Of a stretch of DNA of 64,000 nucleotides, positions 1-15,000 are shown one piece after another. The position numbers and the translations under genes were made by a program. How positions within the stretch are numbered: position 1 is the first letter of the stretch; every line of letters starts with the position of its first letter. The notes beneath the pieces are model-generated. The model was not told where the DNA came from. It saw only the letters and a program-made list of their open reading frames with translations, and did no database searches. Source of the stretch: Eledone cirrhosa (taxonomy: Eukaryota); the NCBI GenBank assembly GCA_964016885.1, contig OZ024744.1, positions 24,242,001 to 24,306,000 of the forward strand, given 5' to 3'.

Positions 1-3000
1 AGATAAAATTCGTTTTAACAACAGTTGAATCTTAAGAGCTGATTCGTTTTAACAACAGTTCAAACTTAAGAACTGTCTCGTTTTAACAACAGTTGAATCT
101 TAAGAACTGACTCGTTTTAACAACAGTTGAATCTTATGAACTGACTCGTTTTAACAACAGTTGAATCTTATGATAAAACCCATTTTAACAACAGTTGAAT
201 CTTAAGATTAAACTCGTTTTAACAACAGTTGAATCTTAAGAACTGATTCGTTTTAACAACAGTTCAAACTTAAGAACTGACTCGTATTAAGAACAGTTGA
301 ATCTTATTATAAAACTCATTTTAACAACAGTTGAATCTTAAGAACTGATTCGTTTTAACAACAGATGAATCTTAAGATAAACCTCGTTTTAACAACAGTT
401 GCATCTTAAGAACTGGCTCGTTTAAACAACAGTTGAATCTTAAGATAAAACACGTTTTAACAACAGTTGAATCTTAAGAACTGAGTCGTTTTAACAACAG
501 TTGAATCTTAAGAACTGATTCGTTTTAACAACAGTTCAAACTTAAGAACAGACTCGTATTAACAACAGTTGAATCTTATTATAAAACTCATTTATCAACA
601 GTTCAACCTTAAGAACTGACTCGTTTTAACAACAGTTGAATCTTCAAATAAACCTCGTTTTAACAACAGTTGCATCTTAAGAACTGACTCGTTTTAACAA
701 CAGTTCAACCTTAAGAACTGACTCGTTTTAACAACAGTTGAATCTTCAAATAAAACTCGTTTTAACAACAGTTGAATCTTAAGAATTGACTCGTTTTAAC
801 AACAGTTGAATCTTAAGACAAAACCCGTTTTAACAACAGTTGAATCTTAAGAACTGACTCGTTTTAACAACAGTTGAATCTTAAGATAAAACTAGTTTTA
901 ACAACAGTTGAATCTTAAGAACTGACTCGTTTTATCAACAGTTGAATCTTAAGATAAACTCGTTTTAACAACAGTTGAATCTTAAGTACTGACTCGTTTT
1001 AACAACAGTTGAATCTTCAAATAAAACTCGTTTTAACAACAGTTGAATCTTAAGAACTGACTCGTTTTAACAACAGTTCAACCTTAAGAACTGACTCGTT
1101 TTAACAACAGTTGAATCTTCAAATAAAACTCGTTTTAACAACAGTTGAATCTTAAGAACTGACTCGTTTTAACAACAGCTGAATCTTAAGATAAAACTCG
1201 TATTAACAACAGTTGAATCTTAAGAACTGACTCGTTTTAACAACAGTTGAATCTTAAGAACTGACTCGTTTTATAAACAGTTCAACCTCAAGAACTGACT
1301 CGTTTTAACAACAGTTGAATCTTAAAAACGGACTCGTTTTAACCGCAGCTGAATCTTATAAAACAACTCGTTTTAACAACAGTTGAATCTTCAGATAAAA
1401 CTCGTTTTAACAACAGATGATTCTCAAGAACTGACTCGTTTTAACAACAGTTGAATCTTAAGATAAAACTCGTTTTAACAACAGTTGAATCTTAAGAACT
1501 GACTCGTATTAACAACAGTTCAACCTTAAGAACTGACTCGTTTTAACAACTGTTGAATCTTCAAATAAAACTCGTTTTAACAACAGTTGAATCTTAAGAA
1601 TTGACTCGTTTTAACAACAATTAAATCTTAAGACAAAACCCGTTTTAACAACAGTTGAATCTTAAGAACTGACTCGTTTTAACAACAGTTGAATCTTAAG
1701 ATAAAATTCGTTTTAACAACAGTTGAATCTTAAGAACTAATTCGTTTTAACAACAGTTCAAACTTAAGAACAGACTCGTATTAACAACAGTTGAATCTTA
1801 TTATAAAACTCATTTTAACAACAGTTCAACCTTAAGAACTGACTCGTTTTAACAACAGTTGAATCTTCAAATAAACCTCGTTTTAACAACAGTTGCATCT
1901 TAAGAACTGGCTCGTTTAAACAACAGTTGAATCTTAAGATAAAACTCGTTTTAACAACAGTTGAATCTTAAGAACTGACTCGTTTTAACAACAGTTGAAT
2001 CTTCAAATAAAACTCGTTTTAACAACAGTTGAATCTTAAGAACTGACTCGTTTTAACAACAGTTCAACCTTAAGAACTGACTCGTTTTAACAACAGTTGA
2101 ATCTTCAAATAAAACTCGTTTTAACAACAGTTGAATCTTAAGATAAACCTCGTTTTAACAACAGTTGCATCTTAAGAACTGGCTCGTTTAAACAACAGTT
2201 GAATCTTAAGAGCTGATTCGTTTTAACAACAGATGAATCTTAAGATAAACCTCGTTTTAACAACAGTTGCATCTTAAGAACTGGCTCGTTTAAACAACAG
2301 TTGAATCTTAAGATAAAACACGTTTTAACAACAGTTGAATCTTAAGAACTGAGTCGTTTTAACAACAGTTGAATCTTAAGAACTGATTCGTTTTAACAAC
2401 AGTTCAAACTTAAGAACAGACTCGTATTAACAACAGTTGAATCTTATTATAAAACTCATTTTAACAACAGTTCAACCTTAAGAACTGACTCGTTTTAACA
2501 ACAGTTGAATCTTCAAATAAACCTCGTTTTAACAACAGTTGCATCTTAAGAACTGGCTCGTTTAAACAACAGTTGAATCTTAAGATAAAACTCGTTTTAA
2601 CAACAGTTGAATCTTAAGAACTGACTCGTTTTAACAACAGTTGAATCTTCAAATAAAACTCGTTTTAACAACAGTTGAATCTTAAGAACTGACTCATTTT
2701 AACAACAGTTGAATCTTAAGATAAAATTCGTTTTAACAACAGTTGAATCTTAAGAACTAATTCGTTTTAACAACAGTTCAAACTTAAGAACAGACTCGTA
2801 TTAACAACAGTTGAATCTTATTATAAAACTCATTTTAACAACAGTTCAACCTTAAGAACTGACTCGTTTTAACAACAGTTGAATCTTCAAATAAACCTCG
2901 TTTTAACAAAAGTTGCATCTTAAGAACTGGCTCGTTTAAACAACAGTTGAATCTTAAGATAAAACCCGTTTTAACAACAGTTGAATCTTAAGAACTGACT

Positions 3001-6000
3001 CGTTTTAACAACAGTTGAATCTTCAAATAAAACTCGTTTTAACAACAGTTGAATCTTAAGAACTGACTCGTTTTAACAACAGTTCAACCTTAAGAACTGA
3101 CTCGTTTTAACAACAGTTGAATCTTCAAATAAAACTCGTTTTAACAACAGTTGAATCTTAAGAATTGACTCGTTTTAACAACAGTTGAATCTTAAGACAA
3201 AACCCGTTTTAACAACAGTTGAATCTTAAGAACTGACTCGTTTTAACAACAGTTGAATCTTAAGATAAAACTAGTTTTAACAACAGTTGAATCTTAAGAA
3301 CTGACTCGTTTTATCAACAGTTGAATCTTAAGATAAACTCGTTTTAACAACAGTTGAATCTTAAGTACTGACTCGTTTTAACAACAGTTGAATCTTCAAA
3401 TAAAACTCGTTTTAACAACAGTTGAATCTTAAGAACTGACTCGTTTTAACAACAGTTCAACCTTAAGAACTGACTCGTTTTAACAACAGTTGAATCTTCA
3501 AATAAAACTCGTTTTAACAACAGTTGAATCTTTAGAACTGACTCGTTTTAACAACAGCTGAATCTTAAGATAAAACTCGTATTAACAACAGTTGAATCTT
3601 AAGAACTGACTCGTTTTAACAACAGTTGAATCTTAAGAACTGACTCGTTTTATAAACAGTTCAACCTCAAGAACTGACTCGTTTTAACAACAGTTGAATC
3701 TTAAAAACGGACTCGTTTTAACCGCAGCTGAATCTTATAAAACAACTCGTTTTAACAACAGTTGAATCTTCAGATAAAACTCGTTTTAACAACAGATGAT
3801 TCTCAAGAACTGACTCGTTTTAACAACAGTTGAATCTTAAGATAAAACTCGTTTTAACAACAGTTGAATCTTAAGAACTGACTCGTATTAACAACAGTTC
3901 AACCTTAAGAACTGACTCGTTTTAACAACTGTTGAATCTTCAAATAAAACTCGTTTTAACAACAGTTGAATCTTAAGAATTGACTCGTTTTAACAACAAT
4001 TAAATCTTAAGACAAAACCCGTTTTAACAACAGTTGAATCTTAAGAACTGACTCGTTTTAACAACAGTTGAATCTTAAGATAAAATTCGTTTTAACAACA
4101 GTTGAATCTTAAGAACTAATTCGTTTTAACAACAGTTCAAACTTAAGAACAGACTCGTATTAACAACAGTTGAATATAATTATAAAACTCATTTTAACAA
4201 CAGTTCAACCTTAAGAATTGACTCGTTTTAACAACAGTTGAATCTTCAAATAAACCTCGTTTTAACAACAGTTGCATCTTAAGAACTGGCTCGTTTAAAC
4301 AACAGTTGAATCTTAAGATAAAACTCGTTTTAACAACAGTTGAATCTTAAGAACTGACTCGTTTTAACAACAGTTGAATCTTCAAATAAAACTCGTTTTA
4401 ACAACAGTTGAATCTTAAGAACTGACTCGTTTTAACAACAGTTCAACCTTAAGATCTGACTCGTTTTAACAACAGTTGAATCTTCAAATAAAACTCGTTT
4501 TAACAACAGTTGAATCTTAAGATAAACCTCGTTTTAACAACAGTTGCATCTTAAGAACTGGCTCGTTTAAACAACAGTTGAATCTTAAGAGCTGATTCGT
4601 TTTAACAACAGATGAATCTTAAGATAAACCTCGTTTTAACAACAGTTGCATCTTAAGAACTGGCTCGTTTAAACAACAGTTGAATCTTAAGATAAAACAC
4701 GTTTTAACAACAGTTGAATCTTAAGAACTGAGTCGTTTTAACAACAGTTGAATCTTAAGAACTGATTCGTTTTAACAACAGTTCAAACTTAAGAACAGAC
4801 TCGTATTAACAACAGTTGAATCTTATTATAAAACTCATTTTAACAACAGTTCAACCTTAAGAACTGACTCGTTTTAACAACAGTTGAATCTTCAAATAAA
4901 CCTCGTTTTAACAACAGTTGCATCTTAAGAACTTGCTCGTTTAAACAACAGTTGAATCTTAAGATAAAACTCGTTTTAACAACAGTTGAATCTTAAGAAC
5001 TGACTCGTTTTAACAACAGTTGAATCTTCAAATAAAACTCGTTTTAACAACAGTTGAATCTTAAGAACTGACTCATTTTAACAACAGTTGAATCTTAAGA
5101 TAAAATTCGTTTTAACAACAGTTGAATCTTAAGAACTAATTCGTTTTAACAACAGTTCAAACTTAAGAACAGACTCGTATTAACAACAGTTGAATCTTAT
5201 TATAAAACTCATTTTAACAACAGTTCAACCTTAAGAACTGACTCGTTTTAACAACAGTTGAATCTTCAAATAAACCTCGTTTTAACAACAGTTGCATCTT
5301 AAGAACTGGCTCGTTTAAACAACAGTTGAATCTTAAGATAAAACCCGTTTTAACAACAGTTGAATCTTAAGAACTGACTCGTTTTAACAACAGTTGAATC
5401 TTCAAATAAAACTCGTTTTAACAACAGTTGAATCTTAAGAACTGACTCGTTTTAACAACAGTTCAACCTTAAGAACTGACTCGTTTTAACAACAGTTGAA
5501 TCTTCAAATAAAACTCGTTTTAACAACAGTTGAATCTTAAGAATTGACTCGTTTTAACAACAGTTGAATCTTAAGACAAAACCCGTTTTAACAACAGTTG
5601 AATCTTAAGAACTGACTCGTTTTAACAACAGTTGAATCTTAAGATAAAACTAGTTTTAACAACAGTTGAATCTTAAGAACTGACTCGTTTTATCAACAGT
5701 TGAATCTTAAGATAAACTCGTTTTAACAACAGTTGAATCTTAAGTACTGACTCGTTTTAACAACAGTTGAATCTTCAAATAAAACTCGTTTTAACAACAG
5801 TTGAATCTTAAGAACTGACTCGTTTTAACAACAGTTCAACCTTAAGAACTGACTCGTTTTAACAACAGTTGAATCTTCAAATAAAACTCGTTTTAACAAC
5901 AGTTGAATCTTAAGAACTGACTCGTTTTAACAACAGCTGAATCTTAAGATAAAACTCGTATTAACAACAGTTGAATCTTAAGAACTGACTCGTTTTAACA

Positions 6001-9000
6001 ACAGTTGAATCTTAAGAACTGACTCGTTTTATAAACAGTTCAACCTCAAGAACTGACTCGTTTTAACAACAGTTGAATCTTAAAAACGGACTCGTTTTAA
6101 CCGCAGCTGAATCTTATAAAACAACTCGTTTTAACAACAGTTGAATCTTCAGATAAAACTCGTTTTAACAACAGATGATTCTCAAGAACTGACTCGTTTT
6201 AACAACAGTTGAATCTTAAGATAAAACTCGTTTTAACAACAGTTGAATCTTAAGAACTGACTCGTATTAACAACAGTTCAACCTTAAGAACTGACTCGTT
6301 TTAACAACTGTTGAATCTTCAAATAAAACTCGTTTTAACAACAGTTGAATCTTAAGAATTGACTCGTTTTAACGACAATTAAATCTTAAGACAAAACCCG
6401 TTTTAACAACAGTTGAATCTTAAGAACTGACTCCTTTTAACAACAGTTGAATCTTAAGATAAAATTCGTTTTAACAACAGTTGAATCTTAAGAACTAATT
6501 CGTTTTAACAACAGTTCAAACTTAAGAACAGACTCGTATTAACAACAGTTGAATCTTATTATAAAACTCATTTTAACAACAGTTCAACCTTAAGAACTGA
6601 CTCGTTTTAACAACAGTTGAATCTTCAAATAAACTTCGTTTTAACAACAGTTGCATCTTAAGAACTGGCTCGTTTAAACAACAGTTGAATCTTAAGATAA
6701 AACTCGTTTTAACAACAGTTGAATCTTAAGAACTGACTCGTTTTAACAACAGTTGAATCTTCAAATAAAACTCGTTTTAACAACAGTTGAATCTTAAGAA
6801 CTGACTCGTTTTAACAACAGTTCAACCTTAAGAACTGACTCGTTTTAACAACAGTTGAATCTTCAAATAAAACTCGTTTTAACAACAGTTGAATCTTAAG
6901 ATAAACCTCGTTTTAACAACAGTTGAATCTTAAGAATTGACTCGTTTTAACAACAGTTGAATCTTATTATAAAACTCATTTTAACAACAGTTCAACCTTA
7001 AGAACTGACTCGTTTTAACAACAGTTGAATCTTCAAATAAACCTCGTTTTAACAACAGTTGCATCTTAAGAACTGGCTCGTTTAAACAACAGTTGAATCT
7101 TAAGATAAAACCCGTTTTAACAACAGTTGAATCTTAAGAACTGACTCGTTTTAACAACAGTTGAATCTTCAAATAAAACTCGTTTTAACAACAGTTGAAT
7201 CTTAAGAACTGACTCGTTTTAACAACAGTTCAACCTTAAGAACTGACTCGTTTTAACAACAGTTGAATCTTCAAATAAAACTCGTTTTAACAACAGTTGA
7301 ATCTTAAGAATTGACTCGTTTTAACAACAGTTGAATCTTAAGACAAAACCCGTTTTAACAACAGTTGAATCTTAAGAACTGACTCGTTTTAACAACAGTT
7401 GAATCTTAAGATAAAACTAGTTTTAACAACAGTTGAATCTTAAGAACTGACTCGTTTTATCAACAGTTGAATCTTAAGATAAACTCGTTTTAACAACAGT
7501 TGAATCTTAAGTACTGACTCGTTTTAACAACAGTTGAATCTTCAAATAAAACTCGTTTTAACAACAGTTGAATCTTAAGAACTGACTCGTTTTAACAACA
7601 GTTCAACCTTAAGAACTGACTCGTTTTAACAACAGTTGAATCTTCAAATAAAACTCGTTTTAACAACAGTTGAATCTTAAGAACTGACTCGTTTTAACAA
7701 CAGCTGAATCTTAAGATAAAACTCGTATTAACAACAGTTGAATCTTAAGAACTGACTCGTTTTAACAACAGTTGAATCTTAAGAACTGACTCGTTTTATA
7801 AACAGTTCAACCTCAAGAACTGACTCGTTTTAACAACAGTTGAATCTTAAAAACGGACTCGTTTTAACCGCAGCTGAATCTTATAAAACAACTCGTTTTA
7901 ACAACAGTTGAATCTTCAGATAAAACTCGTTTTAACAACAGATGATTCTCAAGAACTGACTCGTTTTAACAACAGTTGAATCTTAAGATAAAACTCGTTT
8001 TAACAACAGTTGAATCTTAAGAACTGACTCGTATTAACAACAGTTCAACCTTAAGAACTGACTCGTTTTAACAACTGTTGAATCTTCAAATAAAACTCGT
8101 TTTAACAACAGTTGAATCTTAAGAATTGACTCGTTTTAACGACAATTAAATCTTAAGACAAAACCCGTTTTAACAACAGTTGAATCTTAAGAACTGACTC
8201 CTTTTAACAACAGTTGAATCTTAAGATAAAATTCGTTTTAACAACAGTTGAATCTTAAGAACTAATTCGTTTTAACAACAGTTCAAACTTAAGAACAGAC
8301 TCGTATTAACAACAGTTGAATCTTATTATAAAACTCATTTTAACAACAGTTCAACCTTAAGAACTGACTCGTTTTAACAACAGTTGAATCTTCAAATAAA
8401 CTTCGTTTTAACAACAGTTGCATCTTAAGAACTGGCTCGTTTAAACAACAGTTGAATCTTAAGATAAAACTCGTTTTAACAACAGTTGAATCTTAAGAAC
8501 TGACTCGTTTTAACAACAGTTGAATCTTCAAATAAAACTCGTTTTAACAACAGTTGAATCTTAAGAACTGACTCGTTTTAACAACAGTTCAACCTTAAGA
8601 ACTGACTCGTTTTAACAACAGTTGAATCTTCAAATAAAACTCGTTTTAACAACAGTTGAATCTTAAGATAAACCTCGTTTTAACAACAGTTGAATCTTAA
8701 GAATTGACTCGTTTTAACAACAGTTGAATCTTAAGACAAAACCCGTTTTAACAACAGTTGAATCTTAAGAACTGACTCGTTTTAACAACAGTTGAATCTT
8801 AAGATAAAACTCGTTTTAACAACAGTTGAATCTTAAGAACTGACTCGTTTTATCAACAGTTGAATCTTAAGATAAACTCGTTTTAACAACAGTTGAATCT
8901 TAAGAACTGACTCGTTTTAACAACAGTTGAATATTAAAAACTGACTAGTTTTAACCGCAGCTGAATCTTATAATACAACTCGTTTTAACAACAGTTGAAT

Positions 9001-12000
9001 CTTCAGATAAAACTCGTTTTAACAACAGATGATTCTCAAGAACTGACTCGTTTTAACAACAGTTGAATCTTAAGAACTGACTCGTATTAACAACAATTGA
9101 ATCTTAAGATAACATTCGTTTTAACAACAGTTGCATCTTAAGAACTGACTCGTTTTAACGACAGTTGAATCTTAAGATAAACCTCGTTTTAACAACGGTT
9201 GAATCTTAAGAACTGACTCGTTTTATCAACAGTTCAACCTTAAGAACTGACTCATTTTAACAACAGTTGAATCCTCAAATAAAACTCGTTTTAACAACAG
9301 TTGAATGTTAAGAACTGATTCGTTTTAACAACAGCTGAATCTTAAGATAAACTCGTTTTAACAACAGTTGAATCTTAAGATAAACCTCGTTTTAACAACA
9401 GTTTAATCTTAAGAACTGACTCGTTTTAACAACAGTTGAATCTTAAGATAAAATTCGTTTTAACAACAGTTGAATCTTAAGAGCTGATTCGTTTTAACAA
9501 CAGTTCAAACTTAAGAACTGACTCGTTTTAACAACAGTTGAATCTTAAGATAAAACTCGTTTTAACAACAGTTGAATCTTAAGAACTGACTCGTTTTAAC
9601 AACAGTTGAATCTTAAGAACTGACTCGTTTTAACAACAGTTGAATCTTATGATAAAACCCATTTTAACAACAGTTGAATCTTAAGATTTAACTAGTTTTA
9701 ACAACAGTTGAATCTTAAGAACTGGCTCGTTTTAACAACAGTTGAATCTTCAAATAAACCTCGTTTTAACAACAGTTGCATCTTAAGAACTGGCTCGTTT
9801 AAACAACAGTTGAATCTTAAGATAAAACCCGTTTTAACAACAGTTGAATCTTAAGAACTGACTCGTTTTAACAACAGTTGAATCTTCAAATAAAACTCGT
9901 TTTAACAACAGTTGAATCTTAAGAACTGACTCGTTTTAACAACAGTTCAACCTTAAGAACTGACTCGTTTTAACAACAGTTGAATCTTCAAATAAAACTC
10001 GTTTTAACAACAGTTGAATCTTAAGAATTGACTCGTTTTAACAACAGTTGAATCTTAAGACAAAACCCGTTTTAACAACAGTTGAATCTTAAGAACTGAC
10101 TCGTTTTAACAACAGTTGAATCTTAAGATAAAACTAGTTTTAACAACAGTTGAATCTTAAGAACTGACTCGTTTTATCAACAGTTGAATCTTAAGACAAA
10201 CTCGTTTTAACAACAGTTGAATCTTAAGTACTGACTCGTTTTAACAACAGTTGAATCTTCAAATAAAACTCGTTTTAACAACAGTTGAATCTTAAGAACT
10301 GACTCGTTTTAACAACAGTTCAACCTTAAGAACTGACTCGTTTTAACAACAGTTGAATCTTCAAATAAAACTCGTTTTAACAACAGTTGAATCTTAAGAA
10401 CTGACTCGTTTTAACAACAGCTGAATCTTAAGATAAAACTCGTATTAACAACAGTTGAATCTTAAGAACTGACTCGTTTTAACAACAGTTGAATCTTAAG
10501 AACTGACTCGTTTTATAAACAGTTCAACCTCAAGAACTGACTCGTTTTAACAACAGTTGAATCTTAAAAACGGACTCGTTTTAACCGCAGCTGAATCTTA
10601 TAAAACAACTCGTTTTAACAACAGATGATTCTCAAGAACTGACTCGTTTTAACAACAGTTGAATCTTAAGATAAAACTCGTTTTAACAACAGTTGAATCT
10701 TAAGAACTGACTCGTATTAACAACAGTTCAACCTTAAGAACTGACTCGTTTTAACAACTGTTGAATCTTCAAATAAAACTCGTTTTAACAACAGTTGAAT
10801 CTTAAGAATTGACTCGTTTTAACAACAATTAAATCTTAAGACAAAACCCGTTTTAACAACAGTTGAATCTTAAGAACTGACTCGTTTTAACAACAGTTGA
10901 ATCTTAAGATAAAATTCGTTTTAACAACAGTTGAATCTTAAGAACTAATTCGTTTTAACAACAGTTCAAACTTAAGAACAGACTCGTATTAACAACAGTT
11001 GAATCTTATTATAAAACTCATTTAAACAACAGTTCAACCTTAAGAACTGACTCGTTTTAACAACAGTTGAATCTTCAAATAAACCTCGTTTTAACAACAG
11101 TTTCATCTTAAGAACTGGCTCGTTTAAACAACAGTTGAATCTTAAGATAAAACTCGTTTTAACAACAGTTGAATCTTAAGAACTGACTCGTTTTAACAAC
11201 AGTTGAATCTTCAAATAAAACTCGTTTTAACAACAGTTGAATCTTAAGAACTGACTCGTTTTAACAACAGTTCAACCTTAAGAACTGACTCGTTTTAACA
11301 ACAGTTGAATCTTCAAATAAAACTCGTTTTAACAACAGTTGAATCTTAAGATAAACCTCGTTTTAACAACAGTTGCATCTTAAGAACTGGCTCGTTTAAA
11401 CAACAGTTGAATCTTAAGAGCTGATTCGTTTTAACAACAGATGAATCTTAAGATAAACCTCGTTTTAACAACAGTTGCATCTTAAGAACTGGCTCGTTTA
11501 AACAACAGTTGAATCTTAAGATAAAACACGTTTTAACAACAGTTGAATCTTAAGAACTGAGTCGTTTTAACAACAGTTGAATCTTAAGAACTGATTCGTT
11601 TTAACAACAGTTCAAACTTAAGAACAGACTCGTATTAACAACAGTTGAATCTTATTATAAAACTCATTTTAACAACAGTTCAACCTTAAGAACTGACTCG
11701 TTTTAACAACAGTTGAATCTTCAAATAAACCTCGTTTTAACAACAGTTGCATCTTAAGAACTGGCTCGTTTAAACAACAGTTGAATCTTAAGATAAAACT
11801 CGTTTTAACAACAGTTGAATCTTAAGAACTGACTCGTTTTAACAACAGTTGAATCTTCAAATAAAACTCGTTTTAACAACAGTTGAATCTTAAGAACTGA
11901 CTCATTTTAACAACAGTTGAATCTTAAGATAAAATTCGTTTTAACAACAGTTGAATCTTAAGAACTAATTCGTTTTAACAACAGTTCAAACTTAAGAACA

Positions 12001-15000
12001 GACTCGTATTAACAACAGTTGAATCTTATTATAAAACTCATTTTAACAACAGTTCAACCTTAAGAACTGACTCGTTTTAACAACAGTTGAATCTTCAAAT
12101 AAACCTCGTTTTAACAACAGTTGCATCTTAAGAACTGGCTCGTTTAAACAACAGTTGAATCTTAAGATAAAACCCGTTTTAACAACAGTTGAATCTTAAG
12201 AACTGACTCGTTTTAACAACAGTTGAATCTTCAAATAAAACTCGTTTTAACAACAGTTGAATCTTAAGAACTGACTCGTTTTAACAACAGTTCAACCTTA
12301 AGAACTGACTCGTTTTAACAACAGTTGAATCTTCAAATAAAACTCGTTTTAACAACAGTTGAATCTTAAGAATTGACTCGTTTTAACAACAGTTGAATCT
12401 TAAGACAAAACCCGTTTTAACAACAGTTGAATCTTAAGAACTGACTCGTTTTAACAACAGTTGAATCTTAAGATAAAACTAGTTTTAACAACAGTTGAAT
12501 CTTAAGAACTGACTCGTTTTATCAACAGTTGAATCTTAAGATAAACTCGTTTTAACAACAGTTGAATCTTAAGTACTGACTCGTTTTAACAACAGTTGAA
12601 TCTTCAAATAAAACTCGTTTTAACAACAGTTGAATCTTAAGAACTGACTCGTTTTAACAACAGTTCAACCTTAAGAACTGACTCGTTTTAACAACAGTTG
12701 AATCTTCAAATAAAACTCGTTTTAACAACAGTTGAATCTTAAGAACTGACTCGTTTTAACAACAGCTGAATCTTAAGATAAAACTCGTATTAACAACAGT
12801 TGAATCTTAAGAACTGACTCGTTTTAACAACAGTTGAATCTTAAGAACTGACTCGTTTTATAAACAGTTCAACCTCAAGAACTGACTCGTTTTAACAACA
12901 GTTGAATCTTAAAAACGGACTCGTATTAACCGCAGCTGAATCTTATAAAACAACTCGTTTTAACAACAGTTGAATCTTCAGATAAAACTCGTTTTAACAA
13001 CAGATGATTCTCAAGAACTGACTCGTTTTAACAACAGTTGAATCTTAAGATAAAACTCGTTTTAACAACAGTTGAATCTTAAGAACTGACTCGTATTAAC
13101 AACAGTTCAACCTTAAGAACTGACTCGTTTTAACAACTGTTGAATCTTCAAATAAAACTCGTTTTAACAACAGTTGAATCTTAAGAATTGACTCGTTTTA
13201 ACAACAATTAAATCTTAAGACAAAACCCGTTTTAACAACAGTTGAATCTTAAGAACTGGCTCGTTTTAACAACAGTTGAATCTTCAAATAAACCTCGTTT
13301 TAACAACAGTTGCATCTTAAGAACTGGCTCGTTTAAACAACAGTTGAATCTTAAGATAAAACCCGTTTTAACAACAGTTGAATCTTAAGAACTGACTCGT
13401 TTTAACAACAGTTGAATCTTCAAATAAAACTCGTTTTAACAACAGTTGAATCTTAAGAACTGACTCGTTTCAACAACAGTTCAACCTTAAGAACTGACTC
13501 GTTTTAACAACAGTTGAATCTTCAAATAAAACTCGTTTTAACAACAGTTGAATCTTAAGAATTGACTCGTTTTAACAACAGTTGAATCTTAAGACAAAAC
13601 CCGTTTTAACAACAGTTTAATCTTAAGAACTGACTCGTTTTAACAACAGTTGAATCTTAAGATAAAACTAGTTTTAACAACAGTTGAATCTTAAGAACTG
13701 ACTCGTTTTATCAACAGTTGAATCTTAAGATAAACTCGTTTTAACAACAGTTGAATCTTAAGAACTGACTCGTTTTAACAACAGTTCAACCTTAAGAACT
13801 GACTCGTTTTAACAACAGTTGAATCTTCAAATAAAACTCGTTTTAACAACAGTTGAATCTTAAGAACTGACTCGTTTTAACAACAGCTGAATCTTAAGAT
13901 AAAACTCGTATTAACAACAGTTGAATCTTAAGAACTGACTCGTTTTAACAACAGTTGAATCTTAAGAACTGACTCGTTTTATAAACAGTTCAACCTCAAG
14001 AACTGACTCGTTTTAACAACAGTTGAATCTTAAAAACGGACTCGTTTTAACCGCAGCTGAATCTTATAAAACAACTCGTTTTAACAACAGTTGAATCTTC
14101 AGATAAAACTCGTTTTAACAACAGATGATTCTCAAGAACTGACTCGTTTTAACAACAGTTGAATCTTAAGATAAAACTCGTTTTAACAACAGTTGAATCT
14201 TAAGAACTGACTCGTATTAACAACAGTTCAACCTTAAGAACTGACTCGTTTTAACAACTGTTGAATCTTCAAATAAAACTCGTTTTAACAACAGTTGAAT
14301 CTTAAGAATTGACTCGTTTTAACAACAATTAAATCTTAAGACAAAACCCGTTTTAACAACAGTTGAATCTTAAGAACTGACTCGTTTTAACAACAGTTGA
14401 ATCTTAAGATAAAATTCGTTTTAACAACAGTTGAATCTTAAGAACTAATTCGTTTTAACAACAGTTCAAACTTAAGAACAGACTCGTATTAACAACAGTT
14501 GAATCTTATTATAAAACTCATTTTAACAACAGTTCAACCTTAAGAACTGACTCGTTTTAACAACAGTTGAATCTTCAAATAAACCTCGTTTTAACAACAG
14601 TTGCATCTTAAGAACTGGCTCGTTTAAACAACAGTTGAATCTTAAGATAAAACTCGTTTTAACAACAGTTGAATCTTAAGAACTGACTCGTTTTAACAAC
14701 AGTTGAATCTTCAAATAAAACTCGTTTTAACAACAGTTGAATCTTAAGAACTGACTCGTTTTAACAACAGTTCAACCTTAAGAACTGACTCGTTTTAACA
14801 ACAGTTGAATCTTCAAATAAAACTCGTTTTAACAACAGTTGAATCTTAAGATAAACCTCGTTTTAACAACAGTTGCATCTTAAGAACTGGCTCGTTTAAA
14901 CAACAGTTGAATCTTAAGGGCTGATTCGTTTTAACAACAGATGAATCTTAAGATAAACCTCGTTTTAACAACAGTTGCATCTTAAGAACTGGCTCGTTTA

